A stretch of DNA of 64,000 nt, taken from positions 13,950,001 through 14,014,000 of the forward strand of contig JAQFVV010000010.1 of NCBI GenBank assembly GCA_028023455.1. Reading direction: 5' to 3'. This DNA is from Epiperipatus broadwayi. Its lineage: Eukaryota > Animalia > Onychophora. A model generated the notes under the pieces. It searched no databases. It saw nothing but the letters and a program-made list of their open reading frames with translations, and was not told where the DNA came from. Of this stretch, positions 39,284-53,381 are shown piece by piece; the first letter of the stretch is position 1, and each line of letters starts with the position of its first letter. A program made the position numbers and the translations under genes.

Positions 39284-40201
39284 GAAAAAAAGTTTTTTTT
39301 TTTTGCTTCATTGAAAACATGAGTGTACATTCATTCAGTAAAATAAATGTCCGTCTGTATTTTTCATTAATGATTTTTTTATTTTTAATTTTGTTTACAC
39401 ACACATATGGAAAAGCATTATCTGTGTTATATATACATATGCCTGTTGCAATGTACACTTGTAATTATTGTTTTCTATTCTAATGTCAAAAGGTGAGCTA
39501 GTATATGCTATATACCTTGACTGCAAGGGGGCTTAGATCAAAATATTCGTGGCTCAACTGTATATTATACAACTTTGTTTATTTTATTTAAAATAAATAT
39601 TTTTTGAAATACAAGCATAATTCATGTACTTGGATTAAAATAAATCTTTAAATCTATATATTTAGCAATTATAGTTTTTTTATTTCATTCTAGCTTTTTA
39701 ATGAATGAAGTTTTTTTTTTTTTTAATGCTTCCTTGTGGTAAAGTTCCTATTAGTTTTTAAATAACATTTTAGTGAACAATTTTTGGAATTGTATTTAAA
39801 TGAGGTATTGATTTAAGTTTTTTTAAAATCTTTATTCATTGATAATTTATGTAAAAGAAGTAATGGCTCTTTTTCACATAGTGAAATTGTATTTTTTGTT
39901 TTGGTTTGTTTACCAATGCTTATCTGAACAACCTAGATTAATCTGCCAGATTATAGCTGATCAGTATTGAATATTATGTTGGTTATAGACTGGTTATTTA
40001 AAATAAAAATTCTAAGCTTTTATATTACCTGAATTTTTTTTCCAACATTTACCTGACTGGATTCTAAACCTAGGTTATGTCATAGCAAGCAGATATTTAA
40101 TTACCATACCACATATCTCTTTAGATAAAAGCAAACTATAATTAGCCACATTCTGTATGATAACTCCTTTATAAGAGCTGGAAACCACGATTCATCTAAC
40201 C

Positions 40202-41719
40202 CAGCATTTCCCAACCTTTTTTGGCTCGCGTACCACTTGGTAGTACATTACGCTAAATTGTACCACTTCGTAAAAATGATTGTATTTTGTGAAATTTATT
40301 GCGAGTGTGTTATTTTATTTGCATTATAAATATTATAGGGTGACCATGTATTCACATCACAATGAGACAAATTACATTGAAACACGCTTAAACGATTATA
40401 AACTCACTGAAAATATAAATTCACTGTAACATATATATATATATGTTTGTTCAAAGTTTCATATTTATCTACTATTTTGTCATATTTCGTTTACTAATAA
40501 ATGGTTTTAATAAAAACACAAAATTATAAAAAACCAATTAATATATTTTACCATAATCAAATATTTTTATAAAATAAATTTAATGAGATCCTTGTGCTTG
40601 TTTCGAAAAACATAATTTTTTGAAATTTGGTTCAAAAGATGTGAGGTATACCCTTAAGTCTACAGCTGCATTAAATTTGTTTCAATACTTTTTTTTTTTT
40701 AAAAATATATGAAGAAAAAGCTCTTTCTCTACTAATTTCATACTAGTAAATGGTAATAATAATTTAAGAGGTTTCTCAGAAAGTTGTTCATAATCTTTAA
40801 TGTTTAACCAAAATTAATTAGATTGTGTCGATAATTCTATTAAATTTTCTTTCTCTTTTATTGATAATGATGTAGCTTTTTCTAAATTTTCTTCATAGAA
40901 GGGGTTTGAAATCCACTTATCATTTGTGTTTTCGGATTTTGCAAAATATTCCATTAAAGACAATTTTAATCCTGTTAAATGTGCTATTATATTTTCTCGT
41001 ATATCTTGAGACAGACTAACCTTATTTTCAAACAAAAAAATATGTAGAGTTTTGAATACTTCCGGTTGATTGTTTTCAATACACTGCTTCCAAAAATCTA
41101 ATTTCTTAATCATATTTTCAATTTTATCATTAACATTAAAGATCGTTATCGAGTTGTTCTGAGGTGTCAAATTTAAGTTATTTATTTGCAAAAAAATATC
41201 AGTTAAATATGCAATCACCTGAATGAAGCCAACCAAAATCATACAATTTCGAAGAAAGATCAAAAGAATTGTCTTCAAAAAAAAAAACTGTCCTTTACTA
41301 AATTCGAATAAGCGGGTTATATGGGGATCAATGAATTTTAATAAACAAAGACGATACAATCACAAACAATAACCTGTCATTTGTAAGCCGCGCGGTGAAG
41401 TGAACAAGAGTGCAGCACCATGACAACAGTGGCGGCAACATCTCAAGTTACTAATGGCTAACGGCTAATTTAAAAAAGCACTCCAAAAAAACGATATCGA
41501 TTGCTGGATTTTCGATCATCGACTGTACATATTAACAACTTTACTGTATAATATTATTAATTAAAATAATTTTTATGAATTATAGGAGAAAACGTTTCTA
41601 TGATATTTTTATGATTTGATTTTTTTTTATGTCTGCCATTATTGATTATTTTTCGCGTACCACCAACCAGCAACTCGCGTACCACCAGTGGTACGCGTAC
41701 CACAGGTTGGGAAACGCTG
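40202..41719 (-). mobile_element. Internally deleted hAT (Buster/ZBED5-like) transposon
   Basis: TIR CAGCATTTCCCAACCT / CAGCGTTTCCCAACCT; perfect TSD ATCTAACC. C-terminal transposase remnant IAYLTDIF..INNLNL..Q...KLDFWK...WISNPF...E.LIELS (track ORF 40814-41359). Confidence 0.92.
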
Positions 41720-41959
41720 ATCTAACCAATCAGTTTAATCTGGTATTTTCTAGCTAACGATAATTAGATACTTATTTAGGTTGGTTATAGGCTGTCTATC
41801 GAAAAAAAAAATCGTATGTCTGCTTGGGATCTGAAAATTGAGGAAAAAATGAAAAATATGATCATTAGAATAGTTATTATTATTTTTAATTCAAAAAAGA
41901 TCAACTGATTTTAGGTGGAGGGGGGGGTGATGAGCTCATGTTATTTACTGTAATAATTA

Positions 41960-42195
41960 TGTAAGTTAGAGGAATTTGAACTCAGAGTTTTTCAGTCTGT
42001 ATGTCTTCCATTTCATCTCAACCAACTGATGCACATGATTACATGCATGTGAAAAAGATACATGACCCCCAAGATACATATTTTGTGCAGGACCAGCACT
42101 CATGGATGGGTTGGGCTAAATCATAATCTCCCACACAAATATACTATTAGCGCTTGGTTTATATTAAGATAGTCATTCCTCAAACTTTAATGAAT
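41960..42195 (-). mobile_element. Family G element, degenerate copy
   Basis: Aligns to 15110-15350; core decayed (CATGA GTGC-TGGTCCT-GCAC AAAA TATGTA TC TTGG). Confidence 0.7.
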
Positions 42196-42688
42196 AGGTA
42201 ATAGTTATGAAAAATTCTGTAATTAAAACAATTTGTATATTTATTTGGAATCATTTTCTAAGTTAGTATTCTCTGAGTTAGTTAACATAAACGACTATTT
42301 TCATGTTTTGAAAAAGTGTGTAAAATATGCCACATTTTTACAAATTTTTTATTTAATAATTGATTTTCTTTAAAATAAACTAATTTTCTTCATCATATTT
42401 AACAAGTATTTTTTTTTGTTTACATAATTTGATCAAAAACAAATCTAAATTCTTTTTCGTTTTTATTTCTTTCTAAACATCAATTACCAATCAAGAATCT
42501 TTTTGCAGTTATAAAAATGCTACTTAATATTGTTTTTGTTTTATTCATTTAAAAAACATTTTTATAATTGCATATAGTTTTTTAGAAAAAAATTTTTTTT
42601 TTAAATGTATGTGTATTAAGGATAAAAAATTTACTGAAATAGGTAATATAATTAATTCCCGCCAAAATAAAATTTAATCTAGATTAAA

Positions 42689-43050
42689 AGAAAAGTCTTC
42701 ATAAAGTCCTTTTTTTTTCTTTAAACAGTATGTGCATAAATTGGAAAGTGGAAGTGGGTGTATATATATGCTGTTATTGCTGATTTACATAAAATTTAAA
42801 TATTAAAATTAAAAGGAGGCCATCTTTTTGAGAAGAGCAGGTATGATTCTTTTTTCACCTCTCAAAAAGATAGCCTATTCTCCTTAATTAATTTTCATAT
42901 TTAAATTTTATGTTAATTAACAATAACAGTATATATATACACCCACTCCCACTTTCCAATTTATACTATGTTTATGACTTATAATAATAGAAAGTCGGAT
43001 ATGCACATACTTTATTTTTAAACAAAAACGGACTTTATGAAAGCTTTTCT
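42689..43050. repeat. Imperfect fold-back (~150-bp arms), MITE-like
   Basis: AATTGGAAAGTGGAAGTGGGTGTATATATAT / ATATATATACACCCACTCCCACTTTCCAATT and CATAAAGTCC / GGACTTTATG pairs. Confidence 0.8.
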
Positions 43051-43302
43051 CTATACGTCTTGTGTATTTATGATTACATTAGTCTGAGTTAAAGCTTATA
43101 TTTTTATAATTAGATTAAAAGATGTACAGAATTACTAGCTGGGGACTCATTGCTATTTAACTATTACATTTTTTTTCCAGATAAATATATTCACCATTTA
43201 TCTTGTTTCAAGAAATTTACATAATCATAATTTTATTTGGTATCCAAATAATTTTAGCATACAGCAAAGATTCTGATTAAAGTGGGTTTAAAATGTGACA
43301 TT

Positions 43303-43411
43303 GTCAAGCATTGGTGGTTGAGAGGTCAGCGATAGCTGCTTCACAAGCAGTTGTCCCGGGTTAGGGGTTCGCTTCCCGGCTGATGCTATGACACTTGAGG
43401 AAAAAAAAAAA
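43303..43411 (+). mobile_element. tRNA-Gly-derived SINE, intermediate subtype
   Basis: GTCAAGCATTGGTGG...GGTTCGCTTCCCGGCTGATGCTATGAC + A-tail; TSD GTGACATT (43295-43302, 43412-43419). Confidence 0.85.
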
Positions 43412-46400
43412 GTGACATTTGGTCCCAAAGCTGTTTAGTGGGTAATGTGGATCAGGGTGGTCACACTTTTTCAAGGCAAGGGTTATTTGTAATTTCCTTC
43501 AAGTATAGTGACTCACCACATATATTACAGGCATGGGTTTAAAATATCTTTAAATGTTTTCATTTTTTGGAAAGGATACACTGGCATCAGGTATATAATA
43601 TGCATATTTTGCGTTCATCATTGTGAAGAAAAACTGTTTTTCCCATTCTGTTTCTAAAATTGTCTTTCTTTTCTTTGCAATTCTTTCAGATGTTATACCG
43701 CAATCTTAAAATATGAGAAAATATTAATTTTTCCAGATAAATAAATTCTATGCAGCTATTATAATAAAAAAAATATAGAAGTTAGCCTTACAACTAATTG
43801 AACATATTCAATGCTTTCGGTTGCACCTTTATGTTGCACAGTGAATGTATTTGAGCCAATAAATTTGTAATTGATGTGTGCATTATCATACATTTTAATG
43901 TTGCGAATGTCATCTAACCCATTCATTGTCAAATACCAACTACATACAGCTGTCTCAATTATGAAGAGCCAATTTTTATTTATAGTAACAATATGTATGT
44001 GAAAAAATATATTTTATGCATATCTGTATAACCTAGGGTAATGTAGCATCGATTACAGTTCCTTTTTTTTGAAATTTAGGCCATCACTCCAAAATGTCTT
44101 GGCAGGCTATCCATTGGTGGACCACGATCGATGTCTTGCCCACTCCTATGTAGATAATAATGATTGCTATATATATAATAAGAATATTTGCATATAGATT
44201 TGATCTCTTTTAATAATTTAAAAATATATATACAGGAACAAAAAATTAATAAAAAAATACAATACTGTACAATATGGCATGGTTTTTAAAATGTGTTTAT
44301 TTATTGATACAAATATTAAAAAAAGTCATATATAAAAAAGAAATTACTTTAAATAGACAAAAATATATATTTATAATTAATGAAAGCAGTTAAATTTTGA
44401 AAGGAAATAGAAACAAAGAAATTTAATTCAAATTAATATTAGTGTTACAGAATTTTGAAAATTAGGATGAAACATATTAAGAAAAAACAAAACAAAGTTA
44501 TTATTTTATTTTTTATTTTTGCTTGCAATATAAAAAGATATATAGATGAAATACACAGGCTTATATATACCTGTGTCTATATATGTAATAGACAGGGTAT
44601 GGTGTGGAGAGTGGTGGGTCATGTGAAAGTCTGTGCTCATACCCCGTTTGCAATATGAACTAAAAAGTTAAAATTTCATTTTTTTTTTACCCATTTCTAA
44701 TTTTTTATTTTGCTTATTATTATTATTTTTTCAATAGCTTCTAGATGAACCATGAATTTTGAGAAGGCGGCCCATATATAATCACTTTTCATTATAATTT
44801 TTTTTGAATTATTCTCATTGTGTTCACTGACCAATTCCAAACTATAAATTTTGTAAATTAATGATGCTATGTATTCACTATTTGATATGAATTCAATCGT
44901 TTCTATTTTCTTGATTGCAGTTTATCATCTGAAAAAATTAAGGACGGTATGTATGACCTTCTGTAGTCAGAATATCATTATATACAGTCATGACAATATT
45001 TTCTTGGATGTACCACTCACAGTATAACTGGCTTTTCAAGAGATTTAGATATCATATAATAATACGGGGAGCCTGCCATTTCACCTTACGCTGTAAGGAT
45101 TAGTACAATTATTTACTTGAGTTTCTGTGCACTTATAAGAAAGTGTGAAGTTATTTTTGTATTTTTTAACTACTTAGCAATATGTATATATGTACATAAT
45201 ATAATAAACATATCTGGGTATATTTAGAAAGCAAATGTAAACCATTATAAAATAAAGTTTAGTGAAATTTTTTTTAAAAATACCAATATATATATAATTA
45301 TTTAATAAGAGATACGGCTTTAACAAAAAGGCTTCTAAATTTTATAAATGGAAATAAATATTTTAAAAGTTGGTGTTTATGTTTCTTCCTTATGAGGATT
45401 TCCTATGATGGTATTCAGGAAAACTATTTGTTTCAGAATTAAACGATACTATTTTTTTGTCATTTTTATTTCAATACTATAAATATTAATTATACACTTT
45501 TTGTATGGTAAATTCTTCACAGAGTATTATATAGAAATCCATATGAATTGTTTGTCAGCTCAAGTTGGTAGTAATTTTCTTTGAATATTTTCTTCAAATA
45601 ATTTGTTAATGCATCTTATTTTTGCAGTCATATTCTCTAGTCATTTTCTGCCCAGAAGCCGATTGATATAAACGAAAATCTCTTTTTTTAATCTATATAA
45701 AAATAGTAAAAAAACATTTCCATAAATTTTATATGTGCATATTTGGATTCTAATAGAAACATGTGAAAAGTCAAAAATCTATTTATAACCCAAAGAAAAG
45801 TTTTTGCTATTATTAAATACATAAAGAGTTCTGGGTATTGAATTTTTTAAAAATAATATTGAAGTTAAATATTACTGACTTAATCAAAAGATTATTAGTT
45901 GTTTACAGGTCTTTGAAATTGTTCTTATAGCCAATCAGGTTTTTTTTTAATATCCCTTTTCTCCATCTCAACATTTAAATGTGTGTGGTAAGGTAATAAA
46001 TGTTAGATATGCCAGAGATTTAAATGTTAGTTAAGCTAATACTGTAAAATTAGATAAACTACCGGAAATTGATTCTTTGTGAATTTTCAATTTAATTTTA
46101 TCACTATACTTTTTGTTTTTAAAATCATTAATATCACATTAAGAAAGTTTATTAATAATTTTATTAGCACATTGAATAGTTTCAGAACCATTGTACATTT
46201 TATATATATCTGCAAGTGTTTGAGATAAATTTTTAAAAACTTTTAATTTACACTGGCATTAATTTAGTTTTGTGATTTGTTTTAAATTATTGCCTAATTT
46301 TTTTAGTACACTCTCAAAATTTTTTGTCGTAAGACTTATATTCTTCATTTTTTTGAAGACTCCAAGATTATTTTAAATTATGTGAGATTTTGTGATTCGT

Positions 46401-47730
46401 AATTATTGATGTTCACCATATTGGAAATTAAAACTGAAAATTTTTAAAAATATTTATTATTTGTTTAAAAATTTCACTAATAAACCATTACAAAGATTAC
46501 ATGTTAAAATAAACAATAAAATATTTTTTAATTTTAAAATAATAATAGATTTTGATAAAATGAAAAATATTATAACAGTATGAAGTGGATGCTTTGTTGT
46601 TCTGGATTGGTGTAGGACAAATGGGATTGCAAAATAAATGGAAGATGGGTCAGTAAAAATACAGAGAACAAAATGAATCAATCTCAAAACATACTTATTT
46701 ATTCAATTCTAATGTTACTGGCTTCTAACATTCTGGAATTCAAGTTTGTGTGATTATATCGTCACATTGTTTTGAAGAACTCTACATGTATTCCAAAAGA
46801 CAATGAAGTTGAAAAAGATTAATAATATCGTGGGATTATTATGCATTTGTTAATTATGAAAATAGTTTTTGGAGATTCTGTGAAAGGATTTTGAGAACTC
46901 CCAAGGGTTTGCAGTAGAGAATTTGAGAATCATTGGACTAGTGGATTAAGTATTGTTTGCTTCCATGAAGGTATTTCTGCTTTTCACATCACAAACAATT
47001 GCTATAACGAACGTAAGAATTTGCTAAATTATGATTTACTGTTTTTGACGTTGGTGATGCTTTAGTTGCTGTTATATGAAAGATTGATATTTTGATGTAA
47101 TTTCTCACTTGGTATAGAATGATTAAATTCATCAAAGTTGTGTTAAATTTGAGATATCTGATATTTCTATTTTGTCTTGGCTATTGAATTAATAATGACT
47201 TTGATATGTATAAAATTTGTTTATGAAGCTAGATATAGAATGTATATGAAATTGTTTAAATTTATGCCTAAGAATTAGAAAATTACATTGAAATAAATAG
47301 CAATTATTTTAGTCATTTTCATACTGTTCATTTTAAATATTGTTGATTAGGAAATTGCAATTAAGTTGTGGATTGAAAGTAATCAAGAGATAATATTTGG
47401 AAAAGTTTAAGCATATTATTATAAAGGAAAATCAAATTAATAGGGTTAATCTTACACTTTATTTAACAATTTATATTGATGTTTTGGGAGATTTTTTAAT
47501 GTTATAAAAGAATATAATTAATTTATATTTAAAAAAAAAACATTCTTTTATATTGTGAATATTACATTTATGATTGTGAAATGTAGATCTAAAAAGATGT
47601 TAAAAGTGAATTCATAATCACACAATTAATTTGGCAGAGGGAATTAATTACATGGTGGAAAGAATCATTCAGAAATCAAATACCAAAAATATAATAGTTT
47701 GCTATATGTTTGCTGCATATTATTATTATA

Positions 47731-47967
47731 GTCACATGATCACAATTTCATATGCATAGACATGCTGTTAATATGAGTATCAAACTCCATACAGTAGTGC
47801 CACCAAGTGCAAGTCTTCATAAGTAAGCAATAAATTCAGGAAGGTTTGTGCATAAAATCTAATGCCTACTCATCCAACATTCCCAGACGGGTTTCTAGCT
47901 TATGGCTTTCATCAGTAAGGAACCTTGGATTTGAGAGCACAGCACCTAGACCTTAGGATCTAATGCA
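47731..47967 (-). mobile_element. Family A hammerhead element, single partial copy
   Basis: Core 47881-47920: CCTTA CTGATGA AAGC-CATAA-GCTA GAAAC CC GTC TGGGA; ends in the TCATGTG box. Confidence 0.8.
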
Positions 47968-48763
47968 CTTGGTGGTATTTCTGTGTGGAGTTTGGTAACA
48001 TTATTATTGGGTTGGTGATCGAAAAAGAATTAGTGTTATTATTTCATTCTAAATACCTATAAATACTCCATTTTTTCTTTAGACTGCATTCATATGGAGT
48101 TATAATAAAATACTATGAGAATGAAGGATAAATCAGCATTTTAATGACTTGAGGTATTTTGTTATTTTGTAACGCAGCTGTAAGATGTTAGTAGAACAAA
48201 TTGCATTAAGTTCAAATCCATTACTGTTGACAGCCACTTGTAGGACTTTTTTTGACCATAATATACTATTAGTTTGATTCTCTTTAATAGAAAATATGTT
48301 ATCCAATTATAAGAGTGGAATTTGTTTAAGAAATCATTAGTGTGCAATCTTTCATTTTCTGATATAGAATTAATGGGTTATTCAATCTGCAAAATTGAGG
48401 TAACAAAGTCAGTGTTTCATGTATTAGAAACGGGATGTATTTACTTCCTTTCATTGATAAGATTTTGTAATTTTACTATTAGAATAAAAAAAAACAAGAG
48501 TATATTCTTGATGTTTTTGATTTCAACAAATCCAATTTGTTGTTTGATTTTTTTTTTTATAATGTAAAAGTTTTATAATAGTTTTATCTATCTTCTAAAT
48601 TTTTAAGATAAAAATATTATGGATATTTTGGTTGGGAGAAATGATAGCATTTATTGTGAGATCTGATTTTTGATAGATTGACTAATGATGATGGTAACAA
48701 AAAGTGTATAAAAAGAATTTTTGGTATATGAATATTAGCCCTGCTATGATGAAACTCTACCTC

Positions 48764-48800
48764 AACCTAACCCTAACCTAAATCTAATCCTAACCCTAAT
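48764..48800. repeat. Short degenerate (CCCTAA)n telomere-like tract
   Basis: AACCTAACCCTAACCTAAATCTAATCCTAACCCTAAT. Confidence 0.6.
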
Positions 48801-50290
48801 CAATTATGGCTGTGATATTTCACTGCAGGTCTAATACTAAAGTACCAAATTTTTAAACTTTACAAAATGTTTAGAGAAGCTATGTATAATGAACAACTAA
48901 GCAAAGTTAAATAATATTTTCTTGAGTCAGTTTAACACAGATTAAGTTCTTTTTATTATAATGCTATAAACTGATATCTGAATGTGGAATATCCCCGACA
49001 CACTGATGTAGTGTTTTTAAAACATTTATTATGATTATGCAATTACTAATAAAAATGCATAATCAGCTGGAATTTTCTAAACTTTTAGATTCCAAGCTAA
49101 ATGCTTCTGTTGTAGTTGTCTATATGAATGAAAAAAAAATAATGTTCATATTTCTGCAAGTTATTTTATTTGACTTTTGATTATAAGGATTAAAGTTAAC
49201 AAAACAAAAAATGAAGTGATGAAGTTAGAGGGAAATATAATATCTGAATGTGGAAATGTAAGATGTATAGTAGAGGTTGAATTATGAAAATACTTTGGGT
49301 ATATGTATAACTGAGAAAGATCAGAAGTGAAATTGAAGAAAAACATATGATGTTAAAGACAAACACTGCAAGTAAAATATCAAAAAAGTAGAATATTCAA
49401 AAAGAAAAGATAACTATGACTTAATTTTTGGATAGCTAGAATTTTGTGTCTACCAGAAAGGGGGGGGGGGATGTCCTTTAATTATAGAAGATAAAAATAT
49501 TTTGAAAAGATATAAAAACTTGTTGATGAAAAAGATGGAAATGTTTGAAAAAGAAATAATCTATGAGAAATGTAAATTAAAGTAGAAGTTGAGAGATGTG
49601 ATATGAATAAATTGTTTTAAAGTAGAAAAAGAATATTGCAAAGATTATAAGGGAAACAAAAATGAACTTGGTAAAATTGTAAAAGAAATGTTGAAAGCAT
49701 TAACTTGCCAAATATAGAATTGATTTTTTATGATTTAATGATTATAAAAACTCAGTTAATTGATTTTCCTTTTTCTGGAAGTAAAAAAAAAATCCCGTAA
49801 ATCTTTTAATAAAAGATATATTGTTTTGTATTAATGTATATGTACACTTGTTATATATATATTGAAAAATTTATATGGGTGCATTAATATGCATGGTCAC
49901 TATTAAATGTAGTTAATCCATGGCAGATGTCATCATGAGTTAAAGTATTAGACCAAAAAAAATACTATCTTGTAATGTGTTTTAGTTTACATTTGCTATG
50001 TCAGTTTTTGTAACTAGTAGAATAAAATGTCCAGAATAATATCTATTGTGATCAGAAAGAAGTCTGAAGTTTTAGGGATGAGATGAGATTTTACAAATGT
50101 ATTTATAATAGTGGGTTATGGACAATAGAATTGCAATCATTCATGGCTACAACAAGTTTATTTCTGGAAATTAGCAGAATAAATAGTTTAGAGCACTGGT
50201 TTTAATTTAAAGATTACTAATCTCAAATGATTAAAAAATAAATAAAGCAGTAACAAGCATTATTAAACCAATTAAAAGATCTGTTAATTT

Positions 50291-50400
50291 GTCAAGCATT
50301 GTTAGCTGAGAGGTCATCGCACACGCCTTGCAAGCAAGTAGTTGGTTGCAGACGGGTGTGGGTTCGCGTCCCGGCCGATGCTATGACATATGAAAAAAAA
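50291..50400 (+). mobile_element. tRNA-Gly-derived SINE with 17-bp TSD
   Basis: TSD AAAAGATCTGTTAATTT (50274-50290, 50401-50417); poly(A) tail. Confidence 0.92.
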
Positions 50401-50849
50401 AAAAAGATCTGTTAATTTAATTATTGTGACTTGTCTTATTTGTGTGAAAAATTTTGCTAAAAGCAAAACTGTACTACTATTCAAAATCTTGCTCTGTCAT
50501 TCAAAAAGGATCCTTCTTTGTAAATTTGTTTCTTAAAAAATTAATAGCACTTAAGAAAAGAAAAAGGTTATTATAGTTTGTATTCTACATAATTTGGATG
50601 GTCTACCTGACAGGTGAAATTATGAGTATTGAATTTACTAAGCAGTTTTTTAGGAAAGTATTACAAAAAATATTTTAACAATAATTAATTGTCAACAATG
50701 TGTTCAATAAAATTACAGTATTCCATGAAATAAAATGTATGTATTAATTGCTGAATGTAGATCTGCCTTGAAAATAATTTACATCCCAAAAAGCAAGTCA
50801 TTTATAACATGAAGTGCAAAAAATAAAATAATTTATGTCATTAAGCTTT

Positions 50850-51858
50850 TTTTTTTTTCAGAAATAAAATTTATTAGCTAAAAAGATACATGAATAAAAG
50901 CGTTTATATAAACTTGAGTTTTGACTTAAATATTGATGCTAGACATTATTATCTCTTTATACAAGTGAAACTGAGGAGTATTTAATTTTCTTAGGACAGG
51001 TTGACGCCGGCCCAGGATTCAGTATGTAATCTATTGGGTGCCAGAAGTCGATTTCTGTCACGAAAGTTTGTCAAAATTTTGATAAAGGTGTCTCTGACAT
51101 TATTATCTGAGCACCTGAAGATGTGCTTGCATCTGGTGATGCTGAATGCAAACGTGAGAAATATGGAAGTTCTGATGGTGGAAAAAACTCCCATCTTGAT
51201 AGCATTTGGATATAGAGGGAGTATCTGTAGTCAAAGGACACCTGTTGGCAGATGTAGGATCTAAGTGAGTTGAAATAAGGACAGGAATACAAAAGATAAG
51301 TAATAGTTTCGTCTACAGTTGAGCACAGCTGACATAGCGTATTGAGCTTGGCAAATCCTCTTCTTGTGACCAAGAAGTGATTTGTAGTTAGGGAGAATAG
51401 GTTTAATTTTATCAGAAAGTCTATGTACTTGGACTCGATGTACCAGTTCTTTGATTTACATATCAGTGATTTGTTATTTAGCCCTAGTGATTGTTGAGAT
51501 GCAGTGAGGTTTGGGTATCTTAATTTATACATCTGCCAATATGTTTTCTTTGCATCTAAGATAGGTTTTGTTAATATTATCGTATTAGTGATGTGCTTCC
51601 ATAGCTCTGTCAGTCACTCGCTACAAAATGGTGGTGGGGTGTCCGTTGGATTTACTGGAATAAATGGTTCTTATTCCAGATATCTGTGATATGTGGATCT
51701 TATCACGCCCATCGCTTTTTGAAGGAAAAGTGTGGATACGGAATGGAGGCCTAACCCTTTGGCTTATGTATTTTGAATATACTTATAGCAACGACTTTGC
51801 CTTTCCATAAAAACCAGGAGCATAATGAGTTCATTGCAGTTTCAAAGCCTAGAACATA
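50850..51858 (-). mobile_element. 5'-truncated L1/Tx1-like LINE
   Basis: FLWKGK..., GLGL and CQLCSTVDETITYLLYSC (zf-RVT-like); AATAAA + poly(A); TSD ATGTCATTAA(G/A)CTTT at 50835-50849 and 51859-51873. Confidence 0.8.
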
Positions 51859-52535
51859 ATGTCATTAAACTTTAAAGTAACTTTTTAACAAATAAAATTG
51901 GAATCCCACCTTTATTTATGGTCTATTATATTTATATAGATACTAAAGATTGCAACCATAGAGATTGAAAAATTATTGATACAAAGAAGCTTAAATAAAT
52001 CCCCTTAAACAGACAAATATAACTTGTTCTGAAATGCAGACTAATAAGTAACCAATTATAACATTACAAACCACAATTATAATATTGAATGTAAGTCTTA
52101 TTTGAAAATAATTTTGTTACAGGATGATAAATTATGTGAAATTTATAATTATATACATTTTATAAAATTAATAAAAGCATATAAAAGCGATTTATCTGCT
52201 GACAAAGAAGCTGCAAAAACCAAAACAATTAAATAGGCTGAGCGCTTTCGAGGTTTTCCCTCATATTCATGGCCAACATAAGTTATAAATCATTTATGAT
52301 GTTGCTAACTAATAAAATATGCAAATGTGAAAGCAAATTAGTTTGTCCATTTTTTTGAGATAGAAAAACACGTGTCGCGTCTATTGATGGAATTGTTATC
52401 ACTGATAACAAAATACGCCTCTTTGATTTTTCTTTTGCAGTCATTGGCTTCAGAGCATACTATCTTGGAATTGCCGGATTCAAACACATGGCCAGCCTGC
52501 TTCTCATGTTCGAAGAATATTGAGGGAAAAAAAAA

Positions 52536-53378
52536 ATCAAGTCATACATCACATGACCTAATTTAATAAGCTTGTATTACAAATGTAATATAATGAGCAT
52601 GCTAATAGTTCTGAACAAGTTTTACCGATAAATGCCACAAGAGAAAGTTTTGAAAAATCTATCTAGAATTATCCCTATTTCCATATCAGTTTCAAGCCAC
52701 TGGTTATCCTCAGTCAGATACTAGGATATTCGGACACTAAATCTGAAATACCAGCTCAAGCTCAGCGTTTATCAAATACTTAACTATTAAGTAGAAAATT
52801 TGAAATTTTCAGACGTCTTTATGACTTCAAATCCAGCTATCTAACTTAAATAGCTATATGGGCCGAACAAACTTCAGCTACACCATATATTAGTAATATA
52901 ATATCACCAAAGCCCCGAAAACCAAACTATAATAGTAAAAAAAAGTCAAATCATTTGCAATACAAGCTTATTAATTTAGGTCACGGGCTATATGACTTGA
53001 TTCTTTTACTATTATAGTTTGGCTTTCAAGACTTTGGCAATGATATTTTGCGAAGACTATTAATATATGGTGTAGTTGAAGGGTGTTCAGGCCCTTATAG
53101 CTATTTAAGTTAGATAGCTGGATTTGAAGACATAGATGTCTGAAAATTTTAGATTTTTTACTTAATGGTTAAATATTAGATAAATGCTGAGTCTGAGCTG
53201 GTATTTTAGATCTAGTGCCTGAATATCCTAGCACCTCACTGAAGATAGCCAGTAGCTTGAAACTGGTTTAAGGATAGAGATAATTCTAGATAGAGATTTT
53301 TAAATGCTTTCTCTTGCGGCATTTATTGGAAAAGCTTGTTTAGAGCTATTAGCACGCTCATTATATTACATTTTATAA
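52536..53378. mobile_element. Family B large fold-back (~380-bp arms), degenerate hammerhead in each arm
   Basis: Arms ~52570-52952 / ~52994-53378. Cores: minus ~52681-52718; plus 53234-53273 (CCTCA CTGAAGA TAGC-CAGTA-GCTT GAAAC TG GTT TAAGG). Confidence 0.88.
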
Positions 53379-53381
53379 AAT

